64,000 nucleotides of DNA from Acholeplasmataceae bacterium (GCA_963667565.1 OY763415.1:288001-352000); one strand, 5' to 3'. Counted from the first letter of the stretch, positions 40,795-51,793 are shown. Translations and numbers: made by a program. Notes: generated from the sequence alone by a model not told the origin.

Positions 40795-42816
40795 ATGAAA
40801 CATATATATATGTTGTTTTATGAACAACAAACAAGAAAATTACATAAAGACATCGTTGGAGAAATTGATATAAATCAGTTTCCTTATTTAATGTTTGATG
40901 AGCCATTTTATATTTTAAAACCTAATATATTAATTGGTAGACTTGATCGAAAGGAACATTTTGGGTTTTTACGTCAAGAAGTCAAAGACTTATATATTGA
41001 AAAAGAAAACTTAGGCGATGCGATGCATGATGATATTATCTTAGTTGATGATAAATATGCACCAAAAGTCGTATTTATTGTAGAACGCGCACTTAAAGTC
41101 ATTATTGCAACCATCAAAAAGAGAAAAAATGGCATTAAATTTTTTACTGATGTATTTTTAGATAAAAAATTAGACGTTGAACCTTATGAACATTTAGTCA
41201 ATGGCCATGTCGTTTCACTTGATGTCCTACATATTGATAAAGATGTTATTTTTGCAAAAGTTAACCACATCATTGGTCATATCAATGATCCAGATATTGA
41301 AACATTAAAAATTGTGAGTGGTTATAATTGGCCAACTGAATTTAAACAAGACATGCTTGATTCCATTGATGATATTCATGTTGATATCAACGAAGAAAAG
41401 AAGAAAAGATCAGATTTCACAAAAGATTTGATTATTACTATTGATGGTTTAGATGCAAAAGATTTAGATGATGCTATTAGCTTAACATTTAAAGACGGTC
41501 TTTATCATTTAGGTGTACATATTGCAGATGTTTCACATTATGTGACAAGAAAAAGTTTATTAGATGAGGAAGCTTATCAAAGAGCAACTTCTGTCTATTT
41601 AGCTGATCGCGTGATTCCAATGTTACCACATATTTTATCAAATGATTGGTGTAGCTTAAATGCTGATGAAGAAAAGTTAACACTTTCGTGTTTGATGACG
41701 ATCAATCAAGATGGTGATGTCATTGATCATGAGATTGTTAAATCTGTCATCATTAGTAAAAGAAGAATGAATTATAAAGAAGTTAATTTATTCTTAAAAG
41801 ATAATCAATCTCTTGGGCATAAAGAAATTGAACATATGCTCATTCAAATGAATGATTTATCAATGATTTTAAAGAAAAAGAGAAGAGCACGTGGAGAAAT
41901 TGAATTTGAATCAAGTGAATTAGGATTCAAAGTTGATCGAGATGGTAAAGTTTTAGATGTTTATTTAAGAGAACAAGATGAAGCTGAAGGTTTAATTGAA
42001 TCATTTATGCTTGCAGCCAATGAAACAGTCGCTGAACATATGTATCACTTAAATCTTCCATCAATTTATCGTATCCATGAGAAACCAGATACCGTTAAAT
42101 TAAAAATGGCTCTAGATACTATTGCGAAATTAGGTATTAAATTCAATCATAAACATATAGGTGATCCACATATGCTTCAACAAATCACGAAGCAAACTAG
42201 TGGTGAAGCCATAGGTCCAATTGTGCATATGATCTTACTTCGTGCCATGCAAAAAGCAAAATATTCACATGAACTAGATATCCATTTTGGATTAGGGGCG
42301 AGATATTATACACATTTCACTTCACCTATTAGAAGATATCCAGACCTAATTTTACATAGACTCATTCATACATTTTTATTAAATGAATCAAAAGACTATC
42401 AAGATGATATATTATTTTATGATCAAGTGATGGATGATGTTGCAAAACATACATCAGATCAAGAACGAAAAGCTATTCAACTAGAAAGAGATGTTGCAAA
42501 ACTTAAGAGTTGTGAATTTATGTCATCAAGAATTGGGAAATATTATGAAGCTACGATTACACAAATGATGCCATCAGGTATGTTTGTGAGTTTAAGTAAT
42601 GGTATTGAAGGATTTGTACCATTAAGATTACTCGATGATTATTATCAATATGATGAAAATTTCTTAATGTTTGTTGGTAGAAAAGGTAACAAATATCAAT
42701 TAGGTGATCAAGTTCAAGTCGAACTCGTGAATGTTGATATGCTTGAAAGAAAAATGGATTTCGATATTGTAAGTAAGAAAAAGAAGGGTAAACATGAAAA
42801 TTATCGCACAAAATAA
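40795..42816 (+). CDS. rnr: Ribonuclease R
   Basis: TIDGLDAKDLDDA, HIADV, HFTSPIRRYPD, C-terminal S1 domain; adjacent to smpB. Confidence 0.95.
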   Translation: MKHIYMLFYEQQTRKLHKDIVGEIDINQFPYLMFDEPFYILKPNILIGRLDRKEHFGFLRQEVKDLYIEKENLGDAMHDDIILVDDKYAPKVVFIVERALKVIIATIKKRKNGIKFFTDVFLDKKLDVEPYEHLVNGHVVSLDVLHIDKDVIFAKVNHIIGHINDPDIETLKIVSGYNWPTEFKQDMLDSIDDIHVDINEEKKKRSDFTKDLIITIDGLDAKDLDDAISLTFKDGLYHLGVHIADVSHYVTRKSLLDEEAYQRATSVYLADRVIPMLPHILSNDWCSLNADEEKLTLSCLMTINQDGDVIDHEIVKSVIISKRRMNYKEVNLFLKDNQSLGHKEIEHMLIQMNDLSMILKKKRRARGEIEFESSELGFKVDRDGKVLDVYLREQDEAEGLIESFMLAANETVAEHMYHLNLPSIYRIHEKPDTVKLKMALDTIAKLGIKFNHKHIGDPHMLQQITKQTSGEAIGPIVHMILLRAMQKAKYSHELDIHFGLGARYYTHFTSPIRRYPDLILHRLIHTFLLNESKDYQDDILFYDQVMDDVAKHTSDQERKAIQLERDVAKLKSCEFMSSRIGKYYEATITQMMPSGMFVSLSNGIEGFVPLRLLDDYYQYDENFLMFVGRKGNKYQLGDQVQVELVNVDMLERKMDFDIVSKKKKGKHENYRTK

Positions 42817-43237
42817 AAAAGCATATCATGATTATTTCATTGAGGATACCTTTGAAGCTGGGATACAGCTTAAAGGTAGTGAGATTAAATCTGTGCGCTT
42901 GGGCAAAGTCAATCTTAGTGATAGTTACGTCACATTTAAAGGTGGAGAAGCCTTTGTTTTAAATATGCATATTTCAAAATATGATTACTCTAATATTTTT
43001 AATCATGAAGAAACGAGAACAAGAAAATTATTATTACACAAAAATGAAATTTTAAAAATGTTTAATCAAACAAAGCTTCAAGGGGCAACTGTCATTCCAC
43101 TTAAAATCTATTTAAAAGATGGATTATGCAAAGTTGAAATTGGTGTTGCAAAAGGTAAGAAAGATTACGATAAACGTCAGTCTTTAAAAGAAGCAGATAT
43201 GAAGAAAAGGATACAAAAACAAATAAGAGACAGGTGA
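42794..43237 (+). CDS. smpB: SsrA-binding protein
   Basis: NKKAYHDY, GSEIKS, RKLLLH, GKKDYDKR. Confidence 0.97.
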   Translation: MKIIAQNKKAYHDYFIEDTFEAGIQLKGSEIKSVRLGKVNLSDSYVTFKGGEAFVLNMHISKYDYSNIFNHEETRTRKLLLHKNEILKMFNQTKLQGATVIPLKIYLKDGLCKVEIGVAKGKKDYDKRQSLKEADMKKRIQKQIRDR

Positions 43238-43241
43238 TCAT

Positions 43242-44126
43242 ATGAATCATAAAATTGGTTTAGCACTTGGTGGGGGCGGAGCAAGAGGAAGTTTTCAATT
43301 AGGTGTGATTAAAGTATTACAAGAATTAGGTGTTTTAAATGAAATTAAATATGTGTCAGGAACATCCATTGGAGCCATCAACACGCTGATGATTATGAAT
43401 GGACTTTCTTATGATCGTATGTTAGAAATTTGGAATAAAATCGATAATTCTGAAATTTATGGTGATGGTCCTGATCGCTATAAGATGGACAAACAGGGTA
43501 TTTTCTCGATTCAAGAACTCTACGACATGTTGAAACAAGAGATATCAATTACTGAGATTAAGCAAAGTAAAATTCAAGGGTTTGCGACAACTGTCAAAAT
43601 CCCTAAAGAATCCCTAATTGATCAAATCATGTTTACAAGAATGGAAAAACAGGTGTTTCATTTAAATGAAATGGAAGATCCTGCCATTGGTGCACTAGCA
43701 AGTGCATCTATACCTATTGTTTTTGGTACAACCCATATCGATGATGATTATTACATTGATGGTGGAACTAAGGATAATATGCCCATACAGCCCTTATTAG
43801 ATCAAGGATGCGATATTATTATTGCTGTACCTATTCATGGAGGTATCCATCCTAATCGTTACAGAAATAAAGATATTTTGTTAGTCAGTATAGAACCTCA
43901 TTTTTTATTTAATCCACTCATGATTGATGTGATTAATTTTGATCCAAAGGAAATTCCACATCGTGTCGAATATGGTCAGTTATTGACAAACTTTATGTTT
44001 GACAAACTCCAAGCACAAAACATCTATGATTCAAAAAATAATAAGTGGCATAAAAATGAAGGTTTTAAATATATAAGAATATCAAGAGATGAAGAGTTTA
44101 AATTAAAGTTTCTAAAGAAAGGATGA
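43242..44126 (+). CDS. Patatin-like phospholipase
   Basis: GGGGARG, GTSIG, IDGG. Confidence 0.92.
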   Translation: MNHKIGLALGGGGARGSFQLGVIKVLQELGVLNEIKYVSGTSIGAINTLMIMNGLSYDRMLEIWNKIDNSEIYGDGPDRYKMDKQGIFSIQELYDMLKQEISITEIKQSKIQGFATTVKIPKESLIDQIMFTRMEKQVFHLNEMEDPAIGALASASIPIVFGTTHIDDDYYIDGGTKDNMPIQPLLDQGCDIIIAVPIHGGIHPNRYRNKDILLVSIEPHFLFNPLMIDVINFDPKEIPHRVEYGQLLTNFMFDKLQAQNIYDSKNNKWHKNEGFKYIRISRDEEFKLKFLKKG

Positions 44127-44130
44127 TTTT

Positions 44131-44994
44131 ATGGATGCTGAAATTATTAGATTTTTAAGAGATATATCAAATCCAGTATTTGATTGGATTTTTTATGTCA
44201 TCACACAAGTTGGTGGTGAAACATTCTTTATTGTCATAGCAGCTATCATATATTGGGTCATCAATAAAAAATATGCCTACAAATTTGTGATGGCATATTT
44301 AGTCATTTCAGGAGTTAACATTGGTTTAAAATCTATATTTAAAAGACCTAGACCCTATACGATAGATGGCATTACACCACCTTTTGATTATTATACAACT
44401 GGATATTCATTCCCAAGTGGGCATGCGACTTCTGCTGGGGTTTTAGCATTTGCTTCATATGATGGATACAAAAAGTTTAATAAGAAATGGTTACTCTATG
44501 TTGGTATAACAATCGCAATCCTTGTTCCATTTTCTAGAATGATACTTGCACAGCATTATTTAACAGATGTGCTTGTGGGACTTATATTAAGTGTTGTGTT
44601 ATCCTATTTCTTATTTAAATGGATTGATTTACTTAAAGATAAGGAAGAAATATTGGTTTTAATTGCAGCACCCATCATTTTAATCATGATGTTTATATCA
44701 CAAAGTGAAGACTTATTTAAAGCTGGTGGTGCATTTTTAGGTTTTGCTTTAGGTTACGTCATTGAAAAATATTATGTTAAATATGAAGTTAAACATAAAA
44801 TGGGTATTCAAGTATTAAAAGTATTAATTGGTTTCGCAGGCGTACTTATATTAAAAGAAGGATTGAAGGTAATTTTACCAGATGAATCATTCTTTCATTT
44901 TATAAGATATATATTGGTAGGAGGATGGGTTGCAGTTGTTGCACCTTTAATATTCAAACATGTCTTTAAACATCACGAAAAAGAAATTTCATGA
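44131..44994 (+). CDS. PAP2 family phosphatase (membrane)
   Basis: K..FKRPRP, SFPSGH, SRMILAQHYLTD. Confidence 0.92.
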   Translation: MDAEIIRFLRDISNPVFDWIFYVITQVGGETFFIVIAAIIYWVINKKYAYKFVMAYLVISGVNIGLKSIFKRPRPYTIDGITPPFDYYTTGYSFPSGHATSAGVLAFASYDGYKKFNKKWLLYVGITIAILVPFSRMILAQHYLTDVLVGLILSVVLSYFLFKWIDLLKDKEEILVLIAAPIILIMMFISQSEDLFKAGGAFLGFALGYVIEKYYVKYEVKHKMGIQVLKVLIGFAGVLILKEGLKVILPDESFFHFIRYILVGGWVAVVAPLIFKHVFKHHEKEIS

Positions 44995-45406
44995 TTTATC
45001 AGCTGAAGAAGTCTATCAAATCATTAATTTAAGACTTGAAGTCTTTTTAGAAGAGCAAAAAATCTATTATGTAGATACAGATTTTATTGATCAATTATGC
45101 ATCCATTACTTTACAAAAGAAAATGATAGAATAACAAGTTATTTAAGATTAATCCCTAAAGGTGTTAAGCATGAATATGCCGTTATTGGAAGAGTCGTTA
45201 CAGATATCAAGTTTCGTAAAAGAGGATTATCAAGTGCATTAATTAAAGAAGTACTTCATGACCTTAAAGGTGAACCTGTGTATTTACACGGTCAGGCATA
45301 TCTTCAAAATTTTTATGAAAATTTGGGATTTAAAACGATTAGTGAAGCATTTATTGAAGAAGATGTACTTCACTATGAAATGTTAAATTTAAATAAAATA
45401 TTGTAA
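44960..45406 (+). CDS. GNAT acetyltransferase, ElaA-like
   Basis: LRLEVF.EEQ, IGRVV, RKRGL, QAYLQNFY..LGF. Confidence 0.88.
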   Translation: MSLNITKKKFHDLSAEEVYQIINLRLEVFLEEQKIYYVDTDFIDQLCIHYFTKENDRITSYLRLIPKGVKHEYAVIGRVVTDIKFRKRGLSSALIKEVLHDLKGEPVYLHGQAYLQNFYENLGFKTISEAFIEEDVLHYEMLNLNKIL

Positions 45407-45460
45407 AATAATTAAAAATAATATATAATAATATTATAAATAATTATAGGGGGTCTTCAT

Positions 45461-46033
45461 ATGCCAGAATTTATTATGCAAGTTAGTTTGTATATTCTTG
45501 GAGTTTTATTTTTGAGTTATTTAGGTTTTATATGGTTTGATTATAAAAAAATAGATAAACAAGTCAAACAAAAATCTTATTTAACGATGTTACTGATTTT
45601 TTCAAAAATCATGCAGATAGTATCATATGTATATATATTACTTTTAATTATTACGATTATTTTTGATGGTTCAAATGGCTATGAATTATATACTTATCTA
45701 CGTATCAGTGGTGATTTAGGCGTCATGCCGGATTCATATCAAGTCTTATACCTCATCGTCCTTACATTATTTGTAGGTATGATCTCAATGGTATTTAGAT
45801 CATTGGTAAAAATTATACGTTTATTTACAGGTAAAGCACTATTTAATAAGAGATTTATTTTGGATATCAGATTAGGTTTATATGCGCTTGGTGCTGCTTG
45901 TTTATTACAGATAGTGGCTCACATCATTAATCAAACAACAGCATTTACGTTTGGTGAAGTTGCCATATATGCAATTTCAGGTATTGTTATATCATTTATA
46001 AGTAAAATTGCAATTGATAATCAAGAAAGCTAA
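45461..46033 (+). CDS. Hypothetical membrane protein
   Basis: 190-aa ORF with about 5 TM segments; GGGGG RBS. Confidence 0.6.
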   Translation: MPEFIMQVSLYILGVLFLSYLGFIWFDYKKIDKQVKQKSYLTMLLIFSKIMQIVSYVYILLLIITIIFDGSNGYELYTYLRISGDLGVMPDSYQVLYLIVLTLFVGMISMVFRSLVKIIRLFTGKALFNKRFILDIRLGLYALGAACLLQIVAHIINQTTAFTFGEVAIYAISGIVISFISKIAIDNQES

Positions 46034-46079
46034 GATTAACATCTTGTTTATCCATAAAAAACATGATAAGATATAATCG

Positions 46080-46278
46080 CAATGAAAAGAACGAGTAATA
46101 AGTCATTTCTTTAAAGAGACTTCGTGGTCGGTGAAAACGAAGAAGAAACCTTATGAACGCTACTCTTGGAGCAAAAAGTATGTCGGCTTTAACGATGAAT
46201 GAGGGCTAGTCATTGACTAGAACTAAGGTGGTACCGCGAATTTATTCGTCCTTAGATAATTTCTAAGGACGTTTTTTT
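46080..46278 (+). ncRNA. T-box riboswitch (Ala) leader with terminator
   Basis: AGTA, AGAGA and GGTGAAA stem I motifs; GAAC-GCT-ACTC specifier (GCU at 46159-46161); AACTAAGGTGGTACCGCG T-box at 46221-46238; terminator CGTCCTTAGA/TCTAAGGACG+T7. Confidence 0.95.
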
Positions 46279-46297
46279 ATTTCAAAGGAGTGATTTT

Positions 46298-48874
46298 ATG
46301 AAATACATGACAGCACAACAAATTAGAGAAACATGGTTAAACTTTTTCAAATCTAAAGGACACAAAATTGAAGCATCTGCTTCATTGATTCCTCAAAATG
46401 ATCCAACACTATTATGGATTAATGCAGGGGTTGCACCATTAAAGAAATATTTTGATGGAAGTGAAAAGCCAGAAAGTCCTAGATTAACCAATGTCCAAAA
46501 ATGTATTAGAACCAATGATATTGAAAATGTTGGTAAAACAGCAAGACACCATACATTCTTTGAAATGCTTGGTAATTTTTCAATTGGCAATTATTTTAAG
46601 GAAGAAGCGATTAAATGGGGATTGGAATTATTGACTGATGATCAATGGTTTGGGTTTCCTTTAGAAAAACTATATATCACATATTATCCAGACGATTTGG
46701 ATGCCAGAAATTTTTGGATTGAAAATGGTGTTGAGCCTTCTCATTTAATTCCAAGAGCTGATAATTTTTGGGAAATTGGCGAAGGTCCATGTGGCCCGGA
46801 TACTGAAATCTATTTTGATCGAGGTTCTTCATATGATCAAAGAGGAGTCGAATTAATCGTAGATGATATTGAGAATGAAAGATATATTGAGATATGGAAC
46901 ATCGTTTTTTCTCAGTTTAATTCAAAAGCAAATCTTGAAAGACAAGATTATCCAGAACTCCCAAATAAAAATATTGATACAGGTGCAGGTTTAGAACGAT
47001 TTGCTTGTGTGATTCAAGAAACAGAAACTAATTTTGAGACTGACTTATTTTTTCCAGTCATAAAAAAGGTTGAAGCACTTACTGGCGTTACATATGAAGG
47101 ACAAATGGCATTTAAAGTCATTGCTGATCATGTAAAAGCATTGGTATTCTCAATTTCAGATGGCGCTATGTTATCTAATGAAGGCAGAGGATATGTCCTT
47201 AGAAGATTGTTAAGACGTGCAGTAAAATATGGCCGTTTTTTAGGAATGAATAAACCATTTTTATTTGAGTTGGTGGATGAAGTTGTAGACATGATGGGTG
47301 CATTTTATCCTAATTTATATGAAACAAAAGAAATCGTCTCTAAAATTATCTTAAAAGAAGAAGAAAAGTTTTTAGAAACAATCTCTGAAGGTGAAAAACA
47401 TTTAATTGAAGCTATGTCACAAGAAGGTCTTAAAATCTCAGGGCAAACTGCATTTAAACTATATGACACTTATGGATTTCCGATTGAATTAACCATTGAG
47501 TATGCTGAAGAAAATGGTGGATCAGTAGATGTATTAGCATTTAGAGAAGCACTTAAAATGCAAAAAGAAAGATCTAGAAATGCAAGACAACAAAAAGGAA
47601 GTATGAAAACACAAGATGAAGCGTATTTAAATTTCTTAGAACCTTCATTGTTTGTTGGATATAATACTTTGCAAGTAGAAACGAAGATTATTAAAGTATT
47701 TGATCAAGGTGTTGTTTTAGAAAAAACACCATTTTATGCAACTTCTGGTGGACAAACTTGTGATCAAGGTACCATTAATGGACTTAAAGTAACAGATGTA
47801 TCTAAATTACCTAATGGACAATTTTTACATCAAATTGAAGGTGGATTTGAAGAAGGCGATGACGTCTTAGCAATCGTAGATCCAAAAGCAAGACTTGACG
47901 TGATTAGAAATCATAGTGCAGCACATCTTTTCCATCAAGCAATCAAAGACCTTTTAGGAAAACATGCAAACCAACAAGGACAACTAGTTTCACCAAAGAG
48001 TTGGCGTTTTGACTTTAATCATTTTGAAACAGAAGGTGATGACAAAGTATTAGAGATTGAAGCATTGGTTAAACATTACATTACCGAAAAACCACTTGAT
48101 GTTCGTATTAATGAAATGCCAATCGAAGAAGCTAAAAAACTCGGTGCAATGGCTTTATTTGGCGAAAAATACGGCAATATTGTCCGTGTTGTTGATATGG
48201 GATGGAGCATTGAACTTTGTGGTGGAACACATGTTAAAAATACAAAAGAAATTGTTGATTTTGCGATTTGTTCTTATGAATCTATTGGATCAGGTATTTA
48301 TCGTATGGAAGGTATTACAGGTTCAAATTTAGACGAGAAGATCAAACCATTTATTCAAGCATATTTACTTGAAATTGAAAGCTTAGAAGATAAAGCACAA
48401 AGACTTGATCAAAACTATCAATTACCTCAAAAACCACTACTTCTTGGAAGTTATAAAGATATTATCAATTACAGAAATTATGTTGATCAAATTAAACTAC
48501 TCATCAAAGACTTAGAAAAAGACATTGAAAGAGCTAAACAACAAGATGCTATTTCAAATGTTGATCAATTATTAAATCCTAACTTAAAAAATCAAGTGGT
48601 CATGACACAAGGATTAGAAAGTATAGTCTTAAAACAATTACTTGATGTTTTATTTGATAAAGCAAAAGCAGAAACACTCTTTTTAATCAATGTTACTGAG
48701 GATAAAGCAAGTTTCTTATGTAAAAGCACCAAAGATGAAGCATCTGATTTAATTAAGCTTGCAGCATCAATATCTAATGGTTCTGGTGGTGGTAGACCAC
48801 AAATGGCTCAAGGTGGAACACAATCATTAGATAAAATTGATGAGATTGTGAAGGTGATTACTTCTAAATTATGA
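46298..48874 (+). CDS. alaS: Alanine--tRNA ligase
   Basis: RHHTFFEMLGNFS, IDTGAGLER, HSAAH, ELCGGTH, GGGRPQMAQG. Confidence 0.98.
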   Translation: MKYMTAQQIRETWLNFFKSKGHKIEASASLIPQNDPTLLWINAGVAPLKKYFDGSEKPESPRLTNVQKCIRTNDIENVGKTARHHTFFEMLGNFSIGNYFKEEAIKWGLELLTDDQWFGFPLEKLYITYYPDDLDARNFWIENGVEPSHLIPRADNFWEIGEGPCGPDTEIYFDRGSSYDQRGVELIVDDIENERYIEIWNIVFSQFNSKANLERQDYPELPNKNIDTGAGLERFACVIQETETNFETDLFFPVIKKVEALTGVTYEGQMAFKVIADHVKALVFSISDGAMLSNEGRGYVLRRLLRRAVKYGRFLGMNKPFLFELVDEVVDMMGAFYPNLYETKEIVSKIILKEEEKFLETISEGEKHLIEAMSQEGLKISGQTAFKLYDTYGFPIELTIEYAEENGGSVDVLAFREALKMQKERSRNARQQKGSMKTQDEAYLNFLEPSLFVGYNTLQVETKIIKVFDQGVVLEKTPFYATSGGQTCDQGTINGLKVTDVSKLPNGQFLHQIEGGFEEGDDVLAIVDPKARLDVIRNHSAAHLFHQAIKDLLGKHANQQGQLVSPKSWRFDFNHFETEGDDKVLEIEALVKHYITEKPLDVRINEMPIEEAKKLGAMALFGEKYGNIVRVVDMGWSIELCGGTHVKNTKEIVDFAICSYESIGSGIYRMEGITGSNLDEKIKPFIQAYLLEIESLEDKAQRLDQNYQLPQKPLLLGSYKDIINYRNYVDQIKLLIKDLEKDIERAKQQDAISNVDQLLNPNLKNQVVMTQGLESIVLKQLLDVLFDKAKAETLFLINVTEDKASFLCKSTKDEASDLIKLAASISNGSGGGRPQMAQGGTQSLDKIDEIVKVITSKL

Positions 48875-49290
48875 AAAGATATTTAGGGATTGATTTAGGC
48901 AGTAAGACGATTGGTTTATCCATCTCATTATCTGGAATTATCGCAGAAAGATATGATACATTATATTTTACAAATGATTTATATAGTGAAGCGGTACAAA
49001 AAATCATAGATGTGGTAAAATTAGAAAGAATTGATGTGATTGTCTTAGGATATCCTAAACACATGAATAATGATATTGGGATAAGAGGCAAAATCAGCGA
49101 AGATGTAAAAAAACAAATTGAAGAAAAAATTCAAGTTGAAGTCGTATTATGGGATGAACGCTTATCGACTAAATCAGCATTAGACGCGATGATTGCAGGC
49201 AATCAATCAAGAAAAAAGCAAAAGCAGAAGAAAGATGAAATGGCTGCAGTAGTCATTTTACAAAACTATTTAAATTATAAAGGAGTTTAA
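48871..49290 (+). CDS. ruvX: RuvX/YqgF family nuclease
   Basis: LGIDLGSKTIG, WDERLST, AAVVILQNYL. Confidence 0.95.
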   Translation: MKRYLGIDLGSKTIGLSISLSGIIAERYDTLYFTNDLYSEAVQKIIDVVKLERIDVIVLGYPKHMNNDIGIRGKISEDVKKQIEEKIQVEVVLWDERLSTKSALDAMIAGNQSRKKQKQKKDEMAAVVILQNYLNYKGV

Positions 49291-49291
49291 C

Positions 49292-49558
49292 ATGTTACAA
49301 GATGATAACAAATTGACTTTAGTTGGTGAAGACGGGTCAGAAACGATTTGTGAAATTCTTTTCACTCATGAAGCTAATGGAAAGAAATATGTAGTCTTTG
49401 AGATTGCTGATACGAATGAAGTCACAGCTGCTGTATATCTTCCAGACAATGAAGATCAATCAGAAGGCGAATTTTCTGATATAGAAACAGAAGAAGAATG
49501 GGAAATGCTTGATAAATTGTTAGATGCATATTATCAAGATTTAGAATCTGAAGAATAA
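49292..49558 (+). CDS. DUF1292 (YrzB-like) acidic protein
   Basis: IETEEEWEM motif; conserved position after ruvX. Confidence 0.88.
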   Translation: MLQDDNKLTLVGEDGSETICEILFTHEANGKKYVVFEIADTNEVTAAVYLPDNEDQSEGEFSDIETEEEWEMLDKLLDAYYQDLESEE

Positions 49559-49563
49559 TCAAC

Positions 49564-49592
49564 AAAAGAAACCAAAAATGGTTTCTTTTTTT
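49564..49592 (+). terminator. Intrinsic terminator
   Basis: AAAAGAAACCA-aaaa-TGGTTTCTTTTTTT. Confidence 0.8.
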
Positions 49593-49611
49593 ATAAAAAA
49601 AACTAAAGCTA

Positions 49612-49664
49612 TTGAATATCTAAATGTGAAAGCGTAAAATATAACTATAATGGGCATATGCCCA
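49612..49664 (+). promoter_or_regulatory. Promoter with downstream palindromic operator
   Basis: TTGAAT-17bp-TAAAAT (49612-49640) and perfect palindrome TGGGCATATGCCCA (49651-49664). Confidence 0.7.
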
Positions 49665-49679
49665 AAACAAGAGGTGAAT

Positions 49680-50054
49680 ATGCCAAGACCCAAAGCATTA
49701 GGTAAAGTTTGTCATTTACCCGAGGTTAATCTATTTGGACCTTTGGTTTCAAATCCACATAAAAGAGAAATTATCAATTTAAGTATTGAAGAATATGAGG
49801 CAATTAGAATCATTGATTTAATGCAACTTAGTCAAGAAGAAACTGCTGAACTCATGGATTTATCAAGACAAACGCTTCAAAGAATTTACTACAGTGCAAA
49901 ACATAAATTAGCTGAGTCTATCGTTTTTGGAAAAATATTAAAAATCGAAGGTGGTAATTTTAAACTTTGTGATGTAGATGTTGATTGTCAAAATTGTAAA
50001 CACTGTCCTTGTAGCAAAAAAAACAAGGATTTAAAACTAAAGGAGCAAGTATGA
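49680..50054 (+). CDS. DUF134 family predicted DNA-binding protein
   Basis: MPRP start after a GAGGTG RBS; EEYEAIR.ID...SQEE.A..M.LSRQT...SA..KLA...G..L.IEGG; Cys-rich tail. Confidence 0.9.
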   Translation: MPRPKALGKVCHLPEVNLFGPLVSNPHKREIINLSIEEYEAIRIIDLMQLSQEETAELMDLSRQTLQRIYYSAKHKLAESIVFGKILKIEGGNFKLCDVDVDCQNCKHCPCSKKNKDLKLKEQV

Positions 50055-50422
50055 AAGTAGGTATTGCAGGATCAAATGGGAAAGTAAGTCAACATTTTGG
50101 TCATTCAAAGGAATTAAATGTTTTTAAGATTAGTGATAACAAAGTAAGTTTTCTAGAAAAAATAGAAGTGCAAGAACACGTCCACAAAGGATTTCCTCAA
50201 ATAGTATTAAATGCAGATATCGATGTGCTTATTTGTGGCAATTTAGGTGCAGGAGCTGTTCAAAAAATGGAAAACGAAAACATTGAAGTCATCACTGGAG
50301 CATCTGGTGATATCAATGAAACCATTGAATTATATGCAAAAGGAGAATTAGTGTCTAAAGATTTACAATGTGAAGGCCATTCACATGATCATGATCATGA
50401 ACATGGGCATTGCCATGATTAA
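50051..50422 (+). CDS. NifB/NifX (FeMo-cofactor-binding-like) family protein with His-rich tail
   Basis: VSQHFGHS, DVLICGNLGAGA, C-terminal CEGHSHDHDHEHGHCHD. Confidence 0.88.
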   Translation: MKVGIAGSNGKVSQHFGHSKELNVFKISDNKVSFLEKIEVQEHVHKGFPQIVLNADIDVLICGNLGAGAVQKMENENIEVITGASGDINETIELYAKGELVSKDLQCEGHSHDHDHEHGHCHD

Positions 50423-50441
50423 ATAAAAAAGGAGAAAAGTC

Positions 50442-51788
50442 ATGAAAGAAAGTACTGATGTATTAATTATTGGGGGTAGCGCTGCTGGTTTGGTATCAGC
50501 ATTAACTGCTAAATCGTCATATCCTGACAAGAAAGTTGTGATGATAAGACAAGAAGAAAAAGTGATGATTCCTTGTGGAATTCCATATATATTTGGATCA
50601 TTAGAATCATCGGATCAAAATATTTTACCTGATGGTGGACTTATCAATTTAGGAGTTGAAATTAAAATTGACAAAGTTATTAAAATTGATCCAGAAGGAA
50701 AAGTTTGTTTGACTGCAAGTGGATTAGAATTAGCTTATGATAAATTAATTATCGCAACTGGTTCAATGCCTTCTAAACCTAAATGGTTAAAAGGTGCAGA
50801 GCTTGAAAATGTATTTACGATTCCAAAAAACAAGAATTATCTTGATGAACTTGTAGAAAAATTACAAGCATTTAAGAAAATTGTTGTTGTCGGTGCTGGT
50901 TTTATTGGGGTGGAAGTTTCAGATGAATTAAATAAAAAAGGGTTTGAAGTTTCTTTAGTTGAAAAACAACCTCATATCTTAGCATTAGCATTTGATGATG
51001 ATGTTGCTATTGAGGCAGAAGAGTTATTAAAAGCACGCGGTGTCAATGTGATTGCTGGTGTTGGCATTAAGGAAATTAAAGGTGAAGGCAAGGTGTCATG
51101 TGTATGCTTAGACAATGAAGTACATGTTGAAGCAGATGCTGTCATCTTATCTATGGGATATTTACCAAACACTATTTTAGCGAAAGAATCTGGAGTAGAA
51201 GTCAATCATAAAGGATTTATTATTGTTGATGAATATTTAAGAACAAATCTAAAAGATGTATTTGCAGCTGGCGATTGCGCAGAAAAGCGTGATTTTGCTA
51301 CAAATAAGATTTCTACAACGATGTTAGCTTCAACAGCATGTGCGGAAGCAAGAGTTGCTGCACTTAACTTGTATAAAGTATCAACAGTTCGTAAGTTTAA
51401 AGGAACTATTGGTATTTATTCAACATCAATTGGTGATTATGCATTTGGAGTTGCAGGGTTAACTGAATGTGGCGCAGCTCATGAAGAATTTAGTTATGTT
51501 GTAGGTAAATTCCAAGGTATTGATCGTCACCCTGGGAAATTAAATGATCCTCATAAACAAATTGTAAAACTTGTTGTTGCTAAAGAATCAGGAAGATTAC
51601 TTGGAGGTTCAGTCGTTGGTGGAAACAGTGCTGGTGAATTAATTAATAGTATTGGATTTATCATTCAAGCAGGCATGACAGTCAATGACTTACTTGTTGC
51701 TCAAATTGGTACACAACCTATGCTTACAGCTTCACCTGCTGCATATCCACTCATTAAAGCAGCTGAAGTAGCAGCAAAAAAATTGTAA
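50442..51788 (+). CDS. FAD-dependent pyridine nucleotide-disulfide oxidoreductase (NADH oxidase/CoA-disulfide reductase family)
   Basis: IIGGSAAG, PCGIPY single redox Cys, ATGS, VGAGFIGVE, AAGDCA. Confidence 0.9.
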   Translation: MKESTDVLIIGGSAAGLVSALTAKSSYPDKKVVMIRQEEKVMIPCGIPYIFGSLESSDQNILPDGGLINLGVEIKIDKVIKIDPEGKVCLTASGLELAYDKLIIATGSMPSKPKWLKGAELENVFTIPKNKNYLDELVEKLQAFKKIVVVGAGFIGVEVSDELNKKGFEVSLVEKQPHILALAFDDDVAIEAEELLKARGVNVIAGVGIKEIKGEGKVSCVCLDNEVHVEADAVILSMGYLPNTILAKESGVEVNHKGFIIVDEYLRTNLKDVFAAGDCAEKRDFATNKISTTMLASTACAEARVAALNLYKVSTVRKFKGTIGIYSTSIGDYAFGVAGLTECGAAHEEFSYVVGKFQGIDRHPGKLNDPHKQIVKLVVAKESGRLLGGSVVGGNSAGELINSIGFIIQAGMTVNDLLVAQIGTQPMLTASPAAYPLIKAAEVAAKKL

Positions 51789-51793
51789 TAACG

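Noticed and set aside
42794..43241. tmRNA (ssrA) next to smpB
   Set aside because: smpB overlaps rnr and is followed 4 nt later by the patatin gene; there is no room and no tRNA-like ends.
50378..50419. CATGAT-type short tandem repeat
   Set aside because: It simply encodes the His/Asp-rich tail of the NifB/NifX-like protein.
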